Positions 41,223-45,905 of a stretch of 45,905 nucleotides of DNA are shown here, piece by piece. Positions within the stretch are counted from its first letter, which is position 1, and every line of letters starts with the position of its first letter. The DNA is from Acidimicrobiia bacterium (GTDB lineage: Bacteria > Actinomycetota > Acidimicrobiia > Acidimicrobiales > Ilumatobacteraceae). Both the position numbers and the translations under genes were made by a program. The stretch lies in assembly GCA_033791105.1 (NCBI GenBank), contig JASJHI010000216.1, positions 1-45,905 on the forward strand. The letters run 5' to 3'. The notes under the pieces were generated by a model. That model had not been told where the DNA came from. It did no database searches and saw only the letters and a list, made by a program, of their open reading frames with translations.

Positions 41223-41775
41223 GCAACGCCTCGAACGCACGCCCTCGATGGGAGATGGCATTCTTGGCCTCCGCCGGCATCTCGGCAAACGTGAGTCCGT
41301 CGGCCTCGTCCGGCTGAAAGATCGGGTCGTAGCCGAAACCGTCGCCGCCCCGCTCGGAGGTCGTGATGACCCCCTCGCAGACACCCTCGACAGCGAGCTC
41401 GGACCCGTCGGGCCAGACGACGATCGCGACCGTACGAAACGCCGCCCGACGGTCATCGGAATCCGCGAGCTCGGCGAGCAGCTTGCGACGGTTGTCGGCG
41501 TAGGTACAGTGCGCTCCGGCATAACGCGCGGCACGGATTCCGGGTGCGCCGCCGAGCGCGTCGACGAACAGGCCGGTGTCGTCTGCGACGGCGGGCGAAC
41601 CGCTCGCTTCCATCACCGCTGCCGCCTTCAGCCGAGCATTGCCGGTCAACGTGTCGGCGTCCTCGACAACGTCACCCAAGTCCACTGGCCGAGGTTGCAG
41701 ATCGACGACTCCATCGAGAAGTTGGGCGATCTCGGCCACCTTGTCGGGGTTCGCCGAGGCGCAGACCAGTCGCAT
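41200..41775 (-). CDS. rdgB: RdgB/HAM1-family non-canonical purine NTP pyrophosphatase
   Basis: MRLVCASANPDKVAEI, EDADTLTGNARLKA, GFGYDPIF and ISHRGRAF. ATG 41775. Its 3' end overlaps the EEP gene by 23 bp. Confidence 0.9.
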   Translation of the reverse strand: MRLVCASANPDKVAEIAQLLDGVVDLQPRPVDLGDVVEDADTLTGNARLKAAAVMEASGSPAVADDTGLFVDALGGAPGIRAARYAGAHCTYADNRRKLLAELADSDDRRAAFRTVAIVVWPDGSELAVEGVCEGVITTSERGGDGFGYDPIFQPDEADGLTFAEMPAEAKNAISHRGRAFEALLSALAQR

Positions 41776-41782
41776 CACGGCC

Positions 41783-42541
41783 TCAGCGCGTCGGACGGGC
41801 GGGTGGTGGCACGGCCAACGTCTCGGCCTGCAGGTCACAGATCGTGGCGAGTCCACCTTCGGCGAGACCCAGCATCGTGTCGAGTTCACCTCGGCTGAAC
41901 GCCATCCCTTCGGCGGTTCCCTGCACCTCGACGAAGTGCGCGTCCCCACCTCCGGCGGGCCGCAGCATCACGACGTTCATGTCGACCTGCGCGCGGCTGT
42001 CCTCGACGTACGGGAGATCGAGTACCGGGGTTCCATCGACGATGCCCACACTGATCGCGGAGCAGAACGAGTGCAGTGGATGTTCCGCGAGGTCGCCGCG
42101 TTGCACCACACGTTGGAGGGCGTCGTGCAGTGCGAGGAAGCCGCCACAGATGCTCGCCGTGCGGGTGCCGCCGTCGGCCTGGAGGACATCACAGTCGACG
42201 ATCACCTGACGCTCGCCGAGCACCTTCATGTCACAGGCCGCGCGGAGTGCCCGGCCGATGAGCCGTTGAATCTCGACGGTGCGGCCGCTCTGCTTGCCGC
42301 GGGCCGCCTCTCGGCCGATGCGCTCGGGCGAAGCGCCAGGGAGCATCGAGTACTCGGCTGTGACCCAGCCCTTGCCGGAGTTGCGCATCCAGCGGGGGAC
42401 GTCGTCGTCGATCGACGCCGTGCAGAGCACGCGAGTGTCACCGAAGGTGACCAAGGCCGATCCGTCGGCCATCTCGGTGAAGTCGCGCTGGAATGTGATC
42501 GGGCGCAGTTCGTCATTGGCGCGGCCGTCGGGGCGGGGCAT
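41783..42541 (-). CDS. rph: Ribonuclease PH
   Basis: [27 protein letters not shown] and [22 protein letters not shown] 42541. Confidence 0.95.
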   Translation of the reverse strand: MPRPDGRANDELRPITFQRDFTEMADGSALVTFGDTRVLCTASIDDDVPRWMRNSGKGWVTAEYSMLPGASPERIGREAARGKQSGRTVEIQRLIGRALRAACDMKVLGERQVIVDCDVLQADGGTRTASICGGFLALHDALQRVVQRGDLAEHPLHSFCSAISVGIVDGTPVLDLPYVEDSRAQVDMNVVMLRPAGGGDAHFVEVQGTAEGMAFSRGELDTMLGLAEGGLATICDLQAETLAVPPPARPTR

Positions 42542-42648
42542 GGTGGTGTCTCCAGGGGTTGTCGGTCGTGGATGGGTCGTGTGGGTAGGTCGTGAGCAAT
42601 CGTGTCGTGCGTCGTCGCGTTGTGGGGTCGGGGTCCAGATCGTGGGAG

Positions 42649-43455
42649 TCAGGCTCCTCGAGGATCCCAACGTTCTGTCGTGTCGAGTTCGGGTCCGAGC
42701 AGACGACGTCCGAGCGCCCGGAACATATCGATGTCGCCGCTGGATGCGAAGCGATGCTCGCCGATCGACGCCGTTTGGCGCAAGAGCCCATCCGCGGCGA
42801 GGCGGTCGCGGACTGCGAACGCGGTCTCATCGGCGGAGCTCACGAGCGTGACATCAGATCCCATCACGTCACCGATCGTGCGAGCGAGGAACGGATAGTG
42901 GGTACACCCGAGCAGGAGCGTGTCGACATCGGCTGAGCGGAGCGGTGCAAGTAACCGTTCGGCGAGCACGGTGACTTCGTCGCCTGTCGTCTGGCCGCGC
43001 TCGACGAACTCGACGAAGCCTGGGCAGCCCGCGCTCGCGAGCTTGACCGGTGCGCCGGTCTCGGCGATGGCGTGCACGTACGCACCCGACGAGATCGTTC
43101 CGACGGTGCCGATGACCGCGACGCGACCGGTCGTCGTCGCGTGGACGAGCGCGTTCGCTCCCGGTTGAACGACGTCGACGATCGGGACGGGAATTTCGTC
43201 GCGCAGTTCGTCGAGACCAGCTGCGGTCGCCGTGTTGCAGGCGACCACGATCGCCTTCGCGTCGTAGTCCTCGACAAGACTCCATGCGAGTTCTCGTGCG
43301 TACGACCGCACGTCGGCGAGTGGCTTGGAGCCATACGGGTAGCGGCCCGTGTCGCCGATGTAGACGAGATTCTCGGACGGCAGGACGTCGATCGTGGCCC
43401 GGGCGACGGTCAGGCCACCGAAGCCCGAGTCGAACATCCCGATCGGCCGATCCAC
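42649..43455 (-). CDS. murI: Glutamate racemase
   Basis: [23 protein letters not shown] and LGCTHYPFL, which contain the two catalytic Cys motifs. Confidence 0.95.
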   Translation of the reverse strand: MDRPIGMFDSGFGGLTVARATIDVLPSENLVYIGDTGRYPYGSKPLADVRSYARELAWSLVEDYDAKAIVVACNTATAAGLDELRDEIPVPIVDVVQPGANALVHATTTGRVAVIGTVGTISSGAYVHAIAETGAPVKLASAGCPGFVEFVERGQTTGDEVTVLAERLLAPLRSADVDTLLLGCTHYPFLARTIGDVMGSDVTLVSSADETAFAVRDRLAADGLLRQTASIGEHRFASSGDIDMFRALGRRLLGPELDTTERWDPRGA

Positions 43456-43521
43456 CGACCCGAGGCTACCGAAGGGTGTCGATCGCCCATTCTGCTGTCG
43501 TCGATGAGCGACGCGGGAGGG

Positions 43522-44526
43522 TCAGAAGTAGATGATGCCGTCGGCGTTGTCGGCGGCGACGTCGAGGTCGTCGGTGTAGGCACCGGTGGAGAGATACTTC
43601 CAGCCGCCGTCGCTCACGACGAACACGATCACACCTTCGGCGACTTCGGCGGCGACCTTCGCCGCGCCCGCCATGGCCGCGCCGGCGGAGATCCCGGCGA
43701 ACACCGCGCATTCGCTGACGAGGCGGCGTGTCCACACGATCGATTCGAGGGGCCGCACGACACGCTTGCGGTCGAGCAGGTCGTACCCGTTCCAGTTCTC
43801 GAAGACCGGCGGGATGTATCCGTCGTCGACATTGCGCAAGCCCTCGACGCGCTCGCCCAACGGCGGCTCGATCGCGACGATCTGGATGTTGCGGTCGTAC
43901 TCCTTGAGATAACGCCCGACGCCCATCAACGTGCCACTGGTTCCGAGTCCAGCGACGAAGTGCGTGATGTCGGGAACGTCACGCACGATCTCGGGACCGG
44001 TGCCCTCGTAGTGGGCACGGGGGTTGGCGTCGTTGGCGTACTGGTATGGGAAGAACCAGTCAGGATGCTCCGCGGCGAGTGCCCGGGCGCGGGCGACGGC
44101 ACCGTTCGAACCCTCTTCGCCGGGGGTGAGAATGATCTCGGCGCCGTACACCTCGAGCATCTGTCGGCGCTCGATCGACACGCTGGTCGGCATCATGATC
44201 TTGATCGGATGACCCTTGATGCGGGCGATCGCGGCAAGGGCGATCCCGGTATTCCCCGACGATGGCTCGAGGATCGTCTGGCCGGGTCGCAACGAACCGT
44301 CACGCTCAGCGGCTTCGATCATCGCCTTCGCGACGCGATCCTTGACCGAGCCGAACGGGTTCTGCATCTCCATCTTGGCGTAGATGCGAACCGCCGGATT
44401 CGGTGAGAGCACCGACACGTCGACCACGGGGGTGTTCCCGATCATGTCGAGCACCGAACGCGCGGGAGCGAGCACAGCGCGCTCGCTCTCGGGTGCCGGC
44501 GGAGTCAGGGTGTCGAATGTTGTCAT
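43522..44526 (-). CDS. cysM: Cysteine synthase, CysM-type (PLP-dependent; closest in feel to mycobacterial O-phosphoserine sulfhydrylase)
   Basis: GSVKDRVA (PLP-Lys), SSGNTGIALA and GLGTSGTLMG. ATG 44526. Synteny with a mec-like gene upstream. Confidence 0.85.
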   Translation of the reverse strand: MTTFDTLTPPAPESERAVLAPARSVLDMIGNTPVVDVSVLSPNPAVRIYAKMEMQNPFGSVKDRVAKAMIEAAERDGSLRPGQTILEPSSGNTGIALAAIARIKGHPIKIMMPTSVSIERRQMLEVYGAEIILTPGEEGSNGAVARARALAAEHPDWFFPYQYANDANPRAHYEGTGPEIVRDVPDITHFVAGLGTSGTLMGVGRYLKEYDRNIQIVAIEPPLGERVEGLRNVDDGYIPPVFENWNGYDLLDRKRVVRPLESIVWTRRLVSECAVFAGISAGAAMAGAAKVAAEVAEGVIVFVVSDGGWKYLSTGAYTDDLDVAADNADGIIYF

Positions 44527-44635
44527 CGTGGTGGTCAACCCACGGTCGAAGTGTCGTATTCCGACAAATCCGATGGGGCTAGTCAGGAATCGTACCGAAA
44601 CGTGACCGCTTCGGCACGCCGGGGGGCATCGGCCG

Positions 44636-45094
44636 TCAGATAACGATGATCGGCTCGCTGGTGATCGTGCCGTCGACGATCTTGTAGCTGCGGACCTCGG
44701 GAGCTTCACGCTTGAGGCTGATGATCACGTAGTGCCAACCCGGATCTGGAGCCGCGGCGACGTCGGTCGGGCTCGGATACGGCTCGGAGTGGGTGTGGCT
44801 GTGCACCACGCCGTTGATCTCCCAGCCGCGATCGTCGGCATCGTTCTCGGCGCGCAGATGGTCGTGCGGGTCGAGCGTGTAGACCCGAGCAGACCGGGCG
44901 ACGTTGCGGCAGGCGTAAAACTGGCGGCCTCGATCGCCTGCTCCCCCATGGGCGGACGGAGGTCCCGCGATCAGTCCGCAGGCCTCGAGTGGATACTCGT
45001 CGAGCGCCAATCCGACGATCTCGGCGAACGCCTGCCGCGACAGCTCCAACACGCGCCGGACAATACAGCGCGCTGACAGGACATCGTTCAACAT
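44636..45094 (-). CDS. mec: JAMM/MPN+ metalloprotease (Mec-like)
   Basis: PLEACGLIAG and HSHTHSEPYPSPTD (H-x-H-x7-S-x2-D JAMM motif). 152 aa. Confidence 0.8.
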   Translation of the reverse strand: MLNDVLSARCIVRRVLELSRQAFAEIVGLALDEYPLEACGLIAGPPSAHGGAGDRGRQFYACRNVARSARVYTLDPHDHLRAENDADDRGWEINGVVHSHTHSEPYPSPTDVAAAPDPGWHYVIISLKREAPEVRSYKIVDGTITSEPIIVI

Positions 45095-45194
45095 CTGGAT
45101 CTCCTTCCGCCGGCGCTCTCAGCACGTGCACGGAAGTACGGGCGGAGCGTGATCACCAAATACCTTCGGCCGGTCGGTTTCAGTCGATCCAGCT

Positions 45195-45905
45195 TCAGGC
45201 CGCGCGGTGGATCACGTTGTCGTGACGGTCGATCGTGGCACCGGTCCAGTAGATGCTGTCGTCTGGCATCCGCCATGTCGCCACCCGATCCGGGGTGAAC
45301 TCGAGGCTCCAGCCGCCCTCGTGCAACAGATGATGATGCTTCTCACACACCGGGATCAACACCGCCTCATCGGTCCGACCGTGGTGTTCGCCCCAGAACA
45401 CGACGTGATGAATCCGACACCGCGAGAAAGGCACCTGGCACGGCCCCAACCCACACGTGGCGTGCATCGCCGCCAATCTGGACCGCTGACCCGGTGTCGC
45501 CGTACGAACGCTACGGCCCATGTCAGCGACAATCCCATCACCGCTCATCACCGCCGGCAGAATCCCCGCATCACACGCCATCCGCCGCACCGTCTCGACC
45601 GGCAACTCGACTCCGTCGACCGTCTCACACAACCGGCCTCGCTTGTTTGTCCACGTAGCCAGTCCCAGTCGACGTGCACCACCAACTCGGGCCGCGCCGG
45701 CACCCCGTCACCCGAGGTCGACATCGCCGACACCAATGCATCGACTTTCAGCTGCATGAACAGCACCGGCTCAGTACCGGTCTGCTGATCTTGTGCCCGC
45801 AGTCGGGCCAGCTCCGCTTGCAGGTGCCGGTCGACGATCGCCCCACGCACCGGGTCGAGTTGTGCATCGAGGCGCCACATCCCCGTCTTGGAGTCCACGA
45901 ACGTC
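45195..45905 (-). pseudogene. DUF222/HNH endonuclease gene (actinobacterial 13E12-repeat type), disrupted by a -1 frameshift; 5' end lies outside the window
   Basis: The C-terminal frame (45195..45632) has CRIHHVVFWGEHHGRTDEAVLIPVCEKHHHLLHEGGW (HNH). The N-terminal part (...ELVVHVDWDWLRGQTSEAG) continues in another frame (45548..45898+). The two join logically near 45630-45637 (ggttgtgtgag). Confidence 0.55.

Noticed and set aside
44527-44635. The 109-bp mec-cysM intergenic region as a riboswitch or leader. A small CCGAA...TTCGG hairpin is present.
   Set aside because: I could identify no recognisable riboswitch consensus (SAM, T-box or similar). The hairpin is short with a 10-nt loop. The evidence is insufficient.

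Overview
This is a high-GC window (G+C judged by eye, not computed) with dense, mostly overlapping or tightly coupled genes. Roughly 399..40052 is one large surface-polysaccharide (EPS/capsule-type) locus. It contains five GT4 glycosyltransferase genes (one fused to a GNAT domain) and one GT2, two NodB-type polysaccharide deacetylases, and a PglC-like initiating sugar transferase with a NeuD/PglD-like acetyltransferase and a DegT-type aminotransferase. Export and assembly genes are a Wzz/BY-kinase-like co-polymerase, an LMW-PTP-like phosphatase, a fused ABC exporter, a polytopic membrane protein and a DUF4012-like protein. Two modules stand out. (i) A seven-gene minus-strand operon (19063 down to 10935) encodes a NeuB-like synthase, a KdsC-family phosphatase and a CMP-sugar synthetase. 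This is the signature of a nonulosonic/ulosonic acid made through a phosphorylated intermediate. It also carries a Gfo/Idh/MocA oxidoreductase, an SDR, a GT2 and a 1026-aa GMC-oxidoreductase::MDR-dehydrogenase fusion. (ii) A plus-strand operon (7176..10888) encodes two alpha/beta-hydrolase-fold proteins, a DltA/NRPS-like adenylation enzyme and a small carrier protein. Two tandem CelD/FemAB-like GNAT genes lie nearby. Together these resemble the accessory gene set of proteobacterial exosortase-A/PEP-CTERM EPS loci, yet no exosortase is visible and the flanking genes look actinobacterial. A 74-nt tRNA-like gene at 40134..40207 has a Leu-type D-arm and a UAG anticodon but only a 5-nt variable loop. 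It separates the locus from a housekeeping block (EEP-family protein, rdgB, rph, murI, cysM, mec) whose order parallels M. tuberculosis Rv1334-Rv1341, without cysO. The window ends in a frameshifted DUF222/HNH endonuclease gene. I saw no rRNA, CRISPR array, integrase or transposase. Many long ORFs in the six-frame track are antisense or out-of-frame high-GC artefacts and are not called. All functional calls come from motif recognition by eye; no database search was run.
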